From: Alphaproteobacteria bacterium
GTDB taxonomy: Bacteria > Pseudomonadota > Alphaproteobacteria > UBA7887
Direction of reading: 5' to 3'
Assembly: GCA_965216755.1 (NCBI GenBank)
Contig: CBDCGL010000011.1
Location: forward strand, 928,001-992,000
DNA length: 64,000 nucleotides
The position numbers and the translations under genes are program-made. Of this stretch, positions 54,002 to 63,550 are shown in pieces (position 1 is the stretch's first letter; each line of letters starts with the position of its first letter). The notes under the pieces are model-generated. The model saw only the letters and a program-made list of their open reading frames with translations. It made no database searches and had not been told where the DNA came from.

Positions 54002-56509
54002 ATGGGGAGGACGGGGCAACGCTGCATGACAGCGATTGCAGCTTGCTTGTTGTGCAACACAGCGGCGAAGGCACAAGACGCGAATCCCACGCTTGTATTG
54101 CCAGACATCGAAGTCATCGGGGTCTCGCCTGTCCCAGGGACGGGCGTCAACGCAGATAAAGTGCCGTCGAACGTGCGTTCGATTGACGGCGAACAAATAA
54201 AGCGGAGCCGACAACAGAGTATCACCCAGGTGCTCGATGCCAATATTGGCAGCGCCGCGGCCGTCGACGTACAGAACAACCCCTATCAAAAAGATCTTAA
54301 CTATCGTGGCTTTACCGCCTCGCCCCTGTTGGGTGCACCGCAGGGCATTGCGGTCTACCAAAACGGCATTCGGATCAACGAGCCCTTCGGCGACACGGTC
54401 CAATGGGATGTCGTCCCCGAAAACGCGATCCGCAGCGTCGATCTCGTCAACTCCAATCCCGTCTTCGGCTTGAATGCCATCGGCGGCGCTTTAGCCATGC
54501 AACTCCAAAATGGGTTTGACTATCGGGGAGCAGAGGCTGCGGTGACCGGCGGCTATTTCGGGCGCTACACGGGCACGTTCCAGGCAGGCGGCGGCACAGA
54601 GGAAATCGGCGGCTACTTGGCGGGTGAGTGGCTCAACGATGACGGTTGGCGCAACGTGTCTGAATCCCGTGTCGGTCGGCTGTTTGCGGACGTTGGCTTC
54701 AGGCAAGAGCACTTCGCGGGCAATGTTAGCCTCACCTATGCTGACACTGACTTGACGGGCAACGGTTTGGCCCCGACCGAACTCCTCGACAAGAATCGAC
54801 GTGCACTATTCACCACCCCAGATATCACGGAAAACGAGCTGTTCTTCGTATCGGCGCAAGGTAACTATGATGCCTCTGACACGCTTTCAATCCAAGCCAA
54901 TACATATTTTCGGAACATCACGCGAACAACGCTGAACGGTGACGAAACCGAAGTCGAGGAATGTGAGGTCGATGCCGCAACGGACGCATTGCTCCTCGCC
55001 GACGCTGATTTCCTGGCAGGTGTCGCAAACTCAGGCAATGTTGTTGCAGCGGGAACAATCACCGATTTTCTTTGTGCCGAAGAAAGCGGCGATGACGAGG
55101 CCGAGATCTTACTCGACCAATTCGGCAACGCCATCGAGGCATTCGCCGACAATCTCAGCGCGTTGAATACCAGCACCACGCAGACCCGCGGCTATGGCAT
55201 CGGGTTGCAGGCGACATTGGATGATCAGATCGCGAACAGAGACAACCTGCTCGTTGTCGGCGGCAGTATTGACCTGGGCATTACCAAGTTCCATTCAGAA
55301 TCGGCGCTGGGGCTGCTCAATCTGGACCGTAGCGTGACGCCGCATACCCAGACCTTTGAGAGCACGGCCGTCTGGGAGTTTTCTGCGCCTGGCGGTGCTG
55401 TGGATGACTCAGATCTGGAACGCGGTGAAGTCGGTCCCGTTCGGGTGCGCGCACGCAATGACTATTATGGCCTCTATGTCAGCGACACCCTGACCGTACT
55501 ACCGAACCTGGATGTGACGCTAGCGGGCCGTCTTAATTATGCTCAGATCGACTTGCACGACGAGCTCGATTCCTATTTTCCACGCAATTCGACGCTCGAT
55601 GGCAGCCACAGTTTCAGTCGATTTAATCCAGCCGCGGGCGCCACATATCGCGTGCCGGGCCTCGGCCTAACGGCCTTCGGCGGCTATTCGGAAGCCAACC
55701 GTGCACCGACGCCGGCCGAACTGACGTGTGCCGACCCCGCGGCGCCCTGCCGGCTGCCAAATGCCTTCGTCGCCGACCCTCCCTTGGAACAAGTGGTCGG
55801 TCGCACGTTTGAGATTGGCTTGCGTGGTGATTTGCCGTCGGATTGGTTGCAGGGGATCACCAGCCTCAAGTGGAACGTCGGTGGTTTCCGCAGTGAGATT
55901 GAAGACGACATCATTTTCGTCAGCGCGGGTCCGACGTTGGGTTCCGGCTTCTTTACGAACGTCAGTGAAACGCGTCGGCAAGGTATCGAATTTGGCCTGT
56001 CTGGCCTGGCGGGCAAATTCCGATGGCAAGCCAATTATAGTTTCATCGAGTCGACGTTTCAGTCGACATTCAATGTCGCCTCGCCCAACCATCCCCAAGC
56101 GGTAGCAGGCGAAATCCAGGTCCGACCAGGCGACAACATCCCTGGCATTCCGCAGCACAATTTCCGCTTCGGTCTCGACTACGAGGTCTTGCCCGGTCTT
56201 TATGTGGGTGGCAACGTGGTCGCGACGTCTGGCGTATTTCTGCGCGGCGACGAGGCCAATCTTCTCGACAAGACCGACCCGTACGCGGTTCTCAATCTCC
56301 GCGCGGGGTACATGCTCAACGATCACCTCGAAGTCTTCGGTTGGATCGACAACGTCTTTAACACCGAATACGAGACCTTCGGCGTGTTGGGCGAAACCGG
56401 CAACGAAGTGCCGATCTACGAGCTGCCCAACGGCATTACAGATCCCCGCTTCTTGTCGCCCGGTCAGCCGTTCGGCGCATTCGTCGGCTTTCGCATTTTC
56501 CTCAATTGA
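54002..56509 (+). CDS. TonB-dependent receptor (LutH/LanA-like by motif recall)
   Basis: TonB box LPDIEVIG, YRGFTASPLLG.PQG.AVYQNG.RINEPFGD, GLNAIGG, NRAPTPAEL.CADP..PC, IDNVFN..Y. Confidence 0.9.
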   Translation: MGRTGQRCMTAIAACLLCNTAAKAQDANPTLVLPDIEVIGVSPVPGTGVNADKVPSNVRSIDGEQIKRSRQQSITQVLDANIGSAAAVDVQNNPYQKDLNYRGFTASPLLGAPQGIAVYQNGIRINEPFGDTVQWDVVPENAIRSVDLVNSNPVFGLNAIGGALAMQLQNGFDYRGAEAAVTGGYFGRYTGTFQAGGGTEEIGGYLAGEWLNDDGWRNVSESRVGRLFADVGFRQEHFAGNVSLTYADTDLTGNGLAPTELLDKNRRALFTTPDITENELFFVSAQGNYDASDTLSIQANTYFRNITRTTLNGDETEVEECEVDAATDALLLADADFLAGVANSGNVVAAGTITDFLCAEESGDDEAEILLDQFGNAIEAFADNLSALNTSTTQTRGYGIGLQATLDDQIANRDNLLVVGGSIDLGITKFHSESALGLLNLDRSVTPHTQTFESTAVWEFSAPGGAVDDSDLERGEVGPVRVRARNDYYGLYVSDTLTVLPNLDVTLAGRLNYAQIDLHDELDSYFPRNSTLDGSHSFSRFNPAAGATYRVPGLGLTAFGGYSEANRAPTPAELTCADPAAPCRLPNAFVADPPLEQVVGRTFEIGLRGDLPSDWLQGITSLKWNVGGFRSEIEDDIIFVSAGPTLGSGFFTNVSETRRQGIEFGLSGLAGKFRWQANYSFIESTFQSTFNVASPNHPQAVAGEIQVRPGDNIPGIPQHNFRFGLDYEVLPGLYVGGNVVATSGVFLRGDEANLLDKTDPYAVLNLRAGYMLNDHLEVFGWIDNVFNTEYETFGVLGETGNEVPIYELPNGITDPRFLSPGQPFGAFVGFRIFLN

Positions 56510-56752
56510 GATGGCTGCGAGACCCACTCAGAGAGTGAGGCGGCCCTGGGCGTGGCGCCCTAAACAGCGGGGCAGACAGACTGGGAAGATAGGCGTCATT
56601 GGTGTATGGTATGCGACAAATAACGGTGTCACGGACTGCATAACAAAGCCGCAGCCGGCCCTTGGGTCGGGTGCGGTTGATTTTGCGTGAACTGGATCGC
56701 AGTGGCTGGGGGCGGCCGCGGGCAATAAGGAAAAGCAAGAAAGAACGAGGCC

Positions 56753-57415
56753 ATGGACACGTCATCGCTCCTCGTCCAAGGCTACGGCCTGATCGAAAAA
56801 GGCGGCCCTGTCATGGCCGTCTTGTTAGCCCTATCGGTGGTCGCTTTGGCGATCATTTTGGTCAAGCTGTTGCAGTTTTGGCGATGCCAGTTGAATCGCA
56901 CAGGTTTCGTTGAAAGAGCCCTCAAAGCCTTGCACCATGGTGACGAGCGCGCAGCCCTGGGCGAATTGGTCACGTCTCCGCACCCGACCGCGCGGGTGAT
57001 GGAAGCGGCGATCATGACAGCCGGCGATCGTCGGCTGAGTGCGGAAGATCGCGATGCCGAAATCAGCCGAGTCGGCACGGCGCATATCCGCAATCTCGAA
57101 TCCTATTTGCGGGGGCTTGAGGTCATCGCCAATCTAAGCCCCCTGCTGGGACTTCTTGGCACGGTCATGGGGATGATCGGTGCCTTCGCCCAGTTGGAGG
57201 CCGCGGGCACCAAGGTCGACCCGGCTTTGCTTGCCGGCGGCATATGGGAAGCCTTGTTGACCACCGCTTTCGGGCTGACCGTCGCGATCCCGACATTGGG
57301 CGTCTACCATGTTCTGGAAGGACGGGTGGATACCGTGCGCGCCAACATGAAGGACGCCACCACACGCATTGTCAGCGTCTACCGGGGTGGCCACCGCCCT
57401 GCCGCGGCGGCGTAG
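56753..57415 (+). CDS. exbB: ExbB (MotA/TolQ/ExbB) proton channel
   Basis: GGPVM, SPLLGLLGTV.GMI, GIWEALLTTAFGL.VAIP. Confidence 0.93.
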   Translation: MDTSSLLVQGYGLIEKGGPVMAVLLALSVVALAIILVKLLQFWRCQLNRTGFVERALKALHHGDERAALGELVTSPHPTARVMEAAIMTAGDRRLSAEDRDAEISRVGTAHIRNLESYLRGLEVIANLSPLLGLLGTVMGMIGAFAQLEAAGTKVDPALLAGGIWEALLTTAFGLTVAIPTLGVYHVLEGRVDTVRANMKDATTRIVSVYRGGHRPAAAA

Positions 57416-57442
57416 GGCGGTCGCGCGGTCGTGGGGTAAGCG

Positions 57443-57844
57443 ATGGATTTTGGCGATCGTGAACGGCCACATCCGAGCCTGAATATCGCACCACTGATCG
57501 ATATTGTTTTTCTGATGCTGGTGTTCTTCATGCTGGCCAGCACATTTATCGAGCCGCAAGCAATCGACTTGGTGCTGCCGGGCGACGGCGTGCCCGGTAA
57601 TGTCAGTGAAGAGCCACTTTTGGTCGACGTTGCGACCGATGGGCAAATCGCCTTGAATGGCCTCAGTCTTAGCCTTGATCAGCTGGGACCAGAACTGTCT
57701 GGCAGGCTCGGCGGCGATGTCGGCCGGGCGATAACGGTCCGCGCCGATGCCGACGTTGCTGTCCAGCTTCTCGTCACGGTTATGGATCGAATCCGTAGCA
57801 CGGGCACGCGAAATGTTCGGCTCGCCACGCCCGACGCCCAGTGA
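57443..57844 (+). CDS. exbD: ExbD
   Basis: LNIAPLIDIVFLMLVFFM, VRADA. Confidence 0.92.
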   Translation: MDFGDRERPHPSLNIAPLIDIVFLMLVFFMLASTFIEPQAIDLVLPGDGVPGNVSEEPLLVDVATDGQIALNGLSLSLDQLGPELSGRLGGDVGRAITVRADADVAVQLLVTVMDRIRSTGTRNVRLATPDAQ

Positions 57845-57867
57845 TGACCCGGCGGAGCACATGATCC

Positions 57868-58287
57868 ATGGCGGCGCGCGGCATCGAAATTGAGGGGCGA
57901 CAGTCACCGCGGGGCGCGATCAACCTGGTGCCATTGATCAATATCGTCTTTCTGTTGCTCATATTCTTCATGCTGACGAGCACACTCACAACGCCCGACG
58001 CCTACGACGTGGCGCTGCCGGAGTCCGAGAGCGGCGCCACCCACGAATCCGAACCGCTGGTCCTGTTGATCGCCGCCGATGGTGCCATCGCCATCAACAA
58101 CGAGCCGGTCGCGCTGGGCGACCTGGTCGCCCGATTTCAGGCGGCTCTCGCCGATGGCGCGTCGCCGTCGGTCATGGTGAAAGCCGACGCCACTGCGACC
58201 ACTGCCGCTGTCATCACTGCGATGAAGCGCGCCAAGCTGGCGGGGATCGAACGCGTCGCCTTGGCAACAGAAGGCCCGACACGATGA
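57868..58287 (+). CDS. exbD: Second ExbD (TM Asp replaced by Asn)
   Basis: INLVPLINIVFLLLIFFM, VKADA. Confidence 0.9.
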   Translation: MAARGIEIEGRQSPRGAINLVPLINIVFLLLIFFMLTSTLTTPDAYDVALPESESGATHESEPLVLLIAADGAIAINNEPVALGDLVARFQAALADGASPSVMVKADATATTAAVITAMKRAKLAGIERVALATEGPTR

Positions 58288-60059
58288 TCCGCGTGACGCT
58301 GTTCGACATATGCGTCGCAGTCATTCTTTCAGTTCTCGCCCATGCTGGGCTTATCTCAGCGACGTTTTTCGACGTCGAAGCCGCGCCCGAAGAGGAGGCC
58401 GTTGAGGCGGTTTATCTGGAATTGGCGTCGTTGGGCGACCTGGAAGGAGACATAGAACCCGACGCCGCGATCAGCGCGGACCCGTTGCCGGATCGCCCTC
58501 AGCCGCGAACGCGCCAAGAACTGGCAGCACTTGAGGTCCCGGATACGGCGACACCACCAACGCCGCAGGAATTGCCTGAATCACAACCTGCTCAGGACCC
58601 GCCCCCCCTCGAAGTGCCGCCTGAAGTCGCACCGGACTTGGCGGCGTTGGCACCGCCAACGGCTGCCCCGCCAGAGCTCAGACCGCTCGACCTTCCGGTA
58701 CCAACGGCGAACATTGCGCCGACGACGATCGCCGATCAACCCCTGCCACCCGACCAGCGTGCACCCCAAGTTCCGAGTGAATTTGTGCCACAACAATTGG
58801 CTGTCGCGGAGCAACCACCGATCACCGACGCCCAAGCCACACGAATGTTTCAAAAGGAAACGGCGGTTCGTCCGGTGGTTGACCTGGCCGAACAGGCCGT
58901 GCCCACCACCGAGACACCGCTTGCCAAACCCGTGGTCATGGTCGAGCCACCGCCCGACGCGATGATTCTGCAAAAACCGACGGACATCGACCCACAAAGC
59001 TTGCTTGAATTGACCGTTCCCGACGAACCGCAGCTTGATCCTGACAAGCCACTGATCCCGGAAATCCGAGCACCCACGGTCGACGATTCCATGGCGCGTC
59101 AGGACCGCTCAACGCCCCCGCAGATCTCTCCGCCGCCGCCGCCGGACTCGCCGGTGCGCCCAGATTTGGTGGCACCGCGACGCGCGCAAGAAATCGAAGT
59201 TCAGACCCGACCAGACGCGGCAACACCGCTCACCGCAAGCGCGGAACCGGCGCGCGCACGCCCGCCACTGCCGATCCCTGAAGATCTGGAACAACCGGTA
59301 GATTTGGCCCGTCTGCAAATACCAGAACTGGATTCCACGCCGGCGCCAACCCGACCGACCGTGCCACCGCCCGAACCAGCGCCATCGCCGGCGCGCGCCG
59401 CCGAGATTGTGCCGCAAGCACGGCCAGAGCGTGCGGAAACAGTGGTCTCCGCTCCGCTGCCGTCTGCGCTACCCGATCTTTCGCGCGTTGAAGTCGCGGC
59501 CGTCGAACGACCCCCACAACCGAATGCACCAGCGAGCCCGCCGACGCCGGTTGCGCGGCGCCCTCAGCCAGCCCCGGTTGCAACGCCGCCTGCCCCGGCT
59601 CCCGAACGCGTGGCGGTACCCCGAGCCCCAGCGGTTCAGGCGCCGCCGCCGAGGCGCGAAAATCCCACAACGGATAGGCAAGTGGCGGCAGCGTCGCCGC
59701 CCGCGGCCTTGCCGCCGGAAGCAATGCCCGCGACGAAGCAAAGACGCGGCGCGGATAGCGGTTCGCTCACCCAGTACACGACCGCCCTTCACACCATGAT
59801 CAATGTTGTGGCGCAGCAGAATTATCCGCGTCAAGCTATACGCCGTCGCGAGGAAGGGGCCGTGCGTGTGCGTCTGACTGTGGGGGCCAGCGGCGACCTT
59901 CTCAAAGTGGATGTGATTGACGATGGCGGCGCGCCGCGGCGCCTGGTGAGTGCCGCGCTCGCCGCAGTTGAGCGGGCCGCGCCTTATCCGGCATTTGTCA
60001 ATGGCATGATCCCGGAACCCACCGTATTTGAAGTCAAGATCGCGTACAAACTGCGCTAG
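58284..60059 (+). CDS. tonB: Very long TonB family energy transducer
   Basis: N-terminal TM with SxxxH (SVLAH), ~450-aa Pro/Ala/Glu-rich linker, C-terminal YPRQA.RRREEG.V.V domain. Confidence 0.85.
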   Translation: MIRVTLFDICVAVILSVLAHAGLISATFFDVEAAPEEEAVEAVYLELASLGDLEGDIEPDAAISADPLPDRPQPRTRQELAALEVPDTATPPTPQELPESQPAQDPPPLEVPPEVAPDLAALAPPTAAPPELRPLDLPVPTANIAPTTIADQPLPPDQRAPQVPSEFVPQQLAVAEQPPITDAQATRMFQKETAVRPVVDLAEQAVPTTETPLAKPVVMVEPPPDAMILQKPTDIDPQSLLELTVPDEPQLDPDKPLIPEIRAPTVDDSMARQDRSTPPQISPPPPPDSPVRPDLVAPRRAQEIEVQTRPDAATPLTASAEPARARPPLPIPEDLEQPVDLARLQIPELDSTPAPTRPTVPPPEPAPSPARAAEIVPQARPERAETVVSAPLPSALPDLSRVEVAAVERPPQPNAPASPPTPVARRPQPAPVATPPAPAPERVAVPRAPAVQAPPPRRENPTTDRQVAAASPPAALPPEAMPATKQRRGADSGSLTQYTTALHTMINVVAQQNYPRQAIRRREEGAVRVRLTVGASGDLLKVDVIDDGGAPRRLVSAALAAVERAAPYPAFVNGMIPEPTVFEVKIAYKLR

Positions 60060-60166
60060 TCCGCTTGAACCGGCTCGCCTTCGTCTCTACTTGCACAATG
60101 TGGGATATTGCGTGGCGCTGGGTTGGCTGTAGGCGTCAGCGCTTGCAATTTAGCCATCGTCCTTGG

Positions 60167-60598
60167 ATGCGTATGAACTGCAGACTCAATAGTTTCATGG
60201 CAGCGTGGGTGTTCGCCCTGATATGCGGCACGGCAATTGCCGGAGACGAGGCTGACGAGCCCGCTTGGGCACGTTCGAAGTGGATGGCCCACGACACAGC
60301 CAAGCAAGTCCAAATGGCCTACCGGTATGCCCAGGCGAGGGACTTCGACAAGGCGCTGGAACACCTCCTTATTGCGGCGCAGCGCGGTTATCCCCAGGCG
60401 CAGGCACAAGTTGGCTTCTATTTCGAACAGGGCCGTGGCGGTGTCGCCATCGATCGTATTGAAGCGGTAAAATGGTACCTTTTATCGCGCGAGCCGAGCG
60501 CTCTTGGATTCGCCGAACGGTTGGCCGAATCCATGTCACCTGAGCAATATGCCGAGGCCGAGCAACGGGTCGCCGACTGGCGACCAGTTTCTGAATAG
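60167..60598 (+). CDS. Secreted Sel1-repeat protein
   Basis: AAQRGYPQAQAQVG.YF..GRGG...D..EAVKWY; start uncertain. Confidence 0.8.
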   Translation: MRMNCRLNSFMAAWVFALICGTAIAGDEADEPAWARSKWMAHDTAKQVQMAYRYAQARDFDKALEHLLIAAQRGYPQAQAQVGFYFEQGRGGVAIDRIEAVKWYLLSREPSALGFAERLAESMSPEQYAEAEQRVADWRPVSE

Positions 60599-60670
60599 TC
60601 CTATCGGAGCATCGACCAACACACCAGCGGTCGCCGTATGGCGATGCAAGACGCCGAGCGCCAACGTCCG

Positions 60671-61450
60671 TCAGTTACAAGCGCCTGTCTCGTTCTTGAG
60701 TACGGCCAAGCGCTCCTGGGCCTGCTCGCGAACGATCTCAGCAAATGCATCAGGCGCCGGCGATTCAATCGCCCGCGCCAGCGATTGGCAAGCTTCGGCG
60801 GCATACTCGTCCACGTCCAAGGTGATCAAGCCGATCGCATATTCAAGGTGTGCCACCCCAGCGTCCGGTATCAATGACAGCGCCTTCTGGTAATGGGCAA
60901 TGGCGTCATCGGCGCCTGCGCCATACAAAATGCCCGCCATGAATCCCGCTGACGCAACGATTTCCGCATGCCATGCGCCCAGGCTGATATGGGCGCCGGC
61001 CAGATCGGGATCGAGAGCCAGCGCGCTATCCAGGGCCTCTCTGATTTTGGTCGCAAACCCCTCGTTTAGCGCCTCAAGCACGCCGATGGTTTGCGCGTAG
61101 CGGCCCATTGTATGCGCATGCTGGAGGTGCGCATTGGCGTTGTTGCCGTCCAACGCAATCGCCTTTTCGGCGTTTTCCCAACCACGCTTGAACAATTCTT
61201 GTTTGTCGTCATCGGACGCCCTGTAGTACCCGTGGATGCCCAAGGATTCAGCGGCCAGCGCATACCCTTGCGACGTTGCCAATTGTTCGCCGGCGTCCGC
61301 CGCCGCCAGAAAATTGCCCATCTGCATCTCGGCGAAAGCATCTTCGAATGACTGCGCTGCCGCCTGCAGTGAAACGCAGCATGCCAGAACAGGAATGAAG
61401 AACAAAAGCGCATGTCGCGCCGCGCGCCTCATCGGATCAAATATCGCCAT
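60671..61450 (-). CDS. Secreted TPR-like helical protein
   Basis: Signal AAA-Q; AEKAIALD.NN.NAH, ALALDPD.AGAH, YQKAL.L.PD. Confidence 0.8.
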   Translation of the reverse strand: MAIFDPMRRAARHALLFFIPVLACCVSLQAAAQSFEDAFAEMQMGNFLAAADAGEQLATSQGYALAAESLGIHGYYRASDDDKQELFKRGWENAEKAIALDGNNANAHLQHAHTMGRYAQTIGVLEALNEGFATKIREALDSALALDPDLAGAHISLGAWHAEIVASAGFMAGILYGAGADDAIAHYQKALSLIPDAGVAHLEYAIGLITLDVDEYAAEACQSLARAIESPAPDAFAEIVREQAQERLAVLKNETGACN

Positions 61451-61453
61451 AAT

Positions 61454-61843
61454 CTATGCCTCTGTTACGACCGCCTCCGCTTCTATTTCGACTTTCAGTG
61501 TCGGCAGTACAAGAGCGCTCACTTCAACCAAAGTCGATGCGGGACGGTGCGAACCAAAGTAGCGTTCGCGGATTGGATTAATTCGGCTCCGATCCGAAAT
61601 GTCGGTCAGGTACACGGTCACCTTCACGATGTGCCGTGGCGCGCCGCCTGCGGCGCGCAAGGTGGCATCAAGGTTCTCCATGGCACATTCGAACTGCGCG
61701 ACCGTGTCGTCGGCCACGTCGCCATCTTTGGTCAATCCGACACAACCGGAAACCCAAATTCGGTCGCCAGCACGTACGGCGTGACAATAATGGCTGACTG
61801 GTTCGTGTTGGCCCGGAACAATATACCGCTCGATCTTGGTCAT
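61454..61843 (-). CDS. RidA/YjgF family protein
   Basis: YCHAVRAGD.IWVSG, IVKVTVYL, RPAST.V.V..L, VEIEA. Confidence 0.92.
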   Translation of the reverse strand: MTKIERYIVPGQHEPVSHYCHAVRAGDRIWVSGCVGLTKDGDVADDTVAQFECAMENLDATLRAAGGAPRHIVKVTVYLTDISDRSRINPIRERYFGSHRPASTLVEVSALVLPTLKVEIEAEAVVTEA

Positions 61844-61954
61844 GGACGCCTCCACCGTTGATTTCGCTGCGCCCGCTATCACAGCTGCGCGAGGAAGTCG
61901 ACCTCTGGCGTTTCTCAAGATACCGTTGGCACTTCGAGGCGGCCGGATAGGCCA

Positions 61955-63550
61955 ATGGGGAAGCGGGGTCGGATTGTGGGGGAGCGCCAACCTGGACGCT
62001 GTCTGGTATACGCGGCCTGGTTTGCGATAACGGCCGCGGCACTACTCGGGTGTGCGCCGGGTCGAGCCCCTCAACACGGTGGTGCATCGTTCCTCGCGGC
62101 GCACGGCGATCTTGTCCATTGTCACAGCGTTCTTTCCGACATCGACGACATTGTTGATGATGCCGGCGTGCGCGACGTTGAAGCACATCGTGTTCACGGC
62201 TTCCCGTTCCTGCGCAGCAATCGTTTCCTGGCATCATTCGCTGGCGAGGACTTGAACTACGCCCAGTGGCAGCAATGGCTGAGCCGCATGCGCGGCTTGG
62301 ATCGTGATGGTCGGTACCATGAGCTGCGTAACATGTCCGCGGCGGACCGCCGCCGGGTTGCAATGATTGTGCAACAACCCGGAAAACGAGCGCTCGTTGA
62401 CGACCCGGAACATCTGAGCGAGCTGGTCGAGCTTTGTGCTCAAAGCTTGCACCGCGCGGTCAATTTTGAGGCACGCGGCGCAATGAACCTGGCCGACGCT
62501 GTTCAAGTCCCGGATTCATACCAGGATTGGGCGCGAATTCTCGGCCTCTATCCGTTGACCGCGTTCTTCATTGCGGCAGGATATGAACGGTGGAAACGTG
62601 ATAATATTCAAGGTTTTGGAGACGTTTCTTCAATTATCACGAGCCGGCGCGCGGTTAGCTATTGGCCGAAGGAGCATCGCGGCACAAGCGACGAAGAGAT
62701 TGCCATGTTGCTGCGGGCGGCCATGGACACGCCGCTCGGCACCGCCGAATTGGATGCGGATTTGGCGCGCACCCTCGCCGTCGCTTACGCGCCGGTCTGG
62801 ATCGTCGACACGTCATCCGAAGCCGATCGCATCGGCTCTGCCCAATGGCGGGGGCATGATATCGCCGTCGACACCACCAACCCAGTTGTCTATTACCGCA
62901 TCTCGCACACTCGCCTAAGAGACAAAGTGTTATTTCAAATCAATTATTTATCTTGGTTTCCTGAACGCCCAACAACAGCGCCCTTCGATTTGCTGGCAGG
63001 CGCTCTTGATGGTGTTATCTGGCGTGTCACACTTGAGCCGGACGGTAACATCCTGCTCTACGACACAATTCACGCGTGTGGATGCTACCATTTGTTCTTT
63101 CCACGCGAATCACTGATGGCGCGAGGACGCGCCCACGAGTCTGACATCACGGAAGTTGCAGAATCTCCGGCGGCCGCGCCCGAATTGGCTGCTGGCGAGC
63201 GTCTCGCACTATATCTGGCCGCGTCATCCCACTATTTCAGGGGTGTCGCCAAGTTGTCCAATACGGCACGCGCGGCCGGTGATACCACCTATGATCTGGT
63301 GCCAGCCGAATATCTCAGGTCGCTGCCCACACAGCACGACCACTACAGATCGCTTTTTGGGGCCGATGGCATGGTCCACGGCAGCGAGCGCCTAGAGCGA
63401 TTCTTGTTGTGGCCGATGGGGATCTCAAGTGCCGGTGCGATGCGTCAGTGGGGACATCACGCGACCGCATTTGTCGGCCGCCGACACTTCGACGATCCCC
63501 GCTTGATCGAGCACGCATTTATCGTAACGGACGGTGAATCGCCGCGATGA
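61955..63550 (+). CDS. Hypothetical lipoprotein
   Basis: Lipobox LLGC; DTIHACGCYH and RQWGHHATAFVGRRHFDD motifs; start uncertain. Confidence 0.75.
   Translation: MGKRGRIVGERQPGRCLVYAAWFAITAAALLGCAPGRAPQHGGASFLAAHGDLVHCHSVLSDIDDIVDDAGVRDVEAHRVHGFPFLRSNRFLASFAGEDLNYAQWQQWLSRMRGLDRDGRYHELRNMSAADRRRVAMIVQQPGKRALVDDPEHLSELVELCAQSLHRAVNFEARGAMNLADAVQVPDSYQDWARILGLYPLTAFFIAAGYERWKRDNIQGFGDVSSIITSRRAVSYWPKEHRGTSDEEIAMLLRAAMDTPLGTAELDADLARTLAVAYAPVWIVDTSSEADRIGSAQWRGHDIAVDTTNPVVYYRISHTRLRDKVLFQINYLSWFPERPTTAPFDLLAGALDGVIWRVTLEPDGNILLYDTIHACGCYHLFFPRESLMARGRAHESDITEVAESPAAAPELAAGERLALYLAASSHYFRGVAKLSNTARAAGDTTYDLVPAEYLRSLPTQHDHYRSLFGADGMVHGSERLERFLLWPMGISSAGAMRQWGHHATAFVGRRHFDDPRLIEHAFIVTDGESPR

Noticed and set aside
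56510-56752. Cobalamin riboswitch suggested by ACTGGGAAG
   Set aside because: Other conserved elements (GGGAA..GGTG, GCCACTG, B12 box) are absent, and it lies downstream of the TBDT
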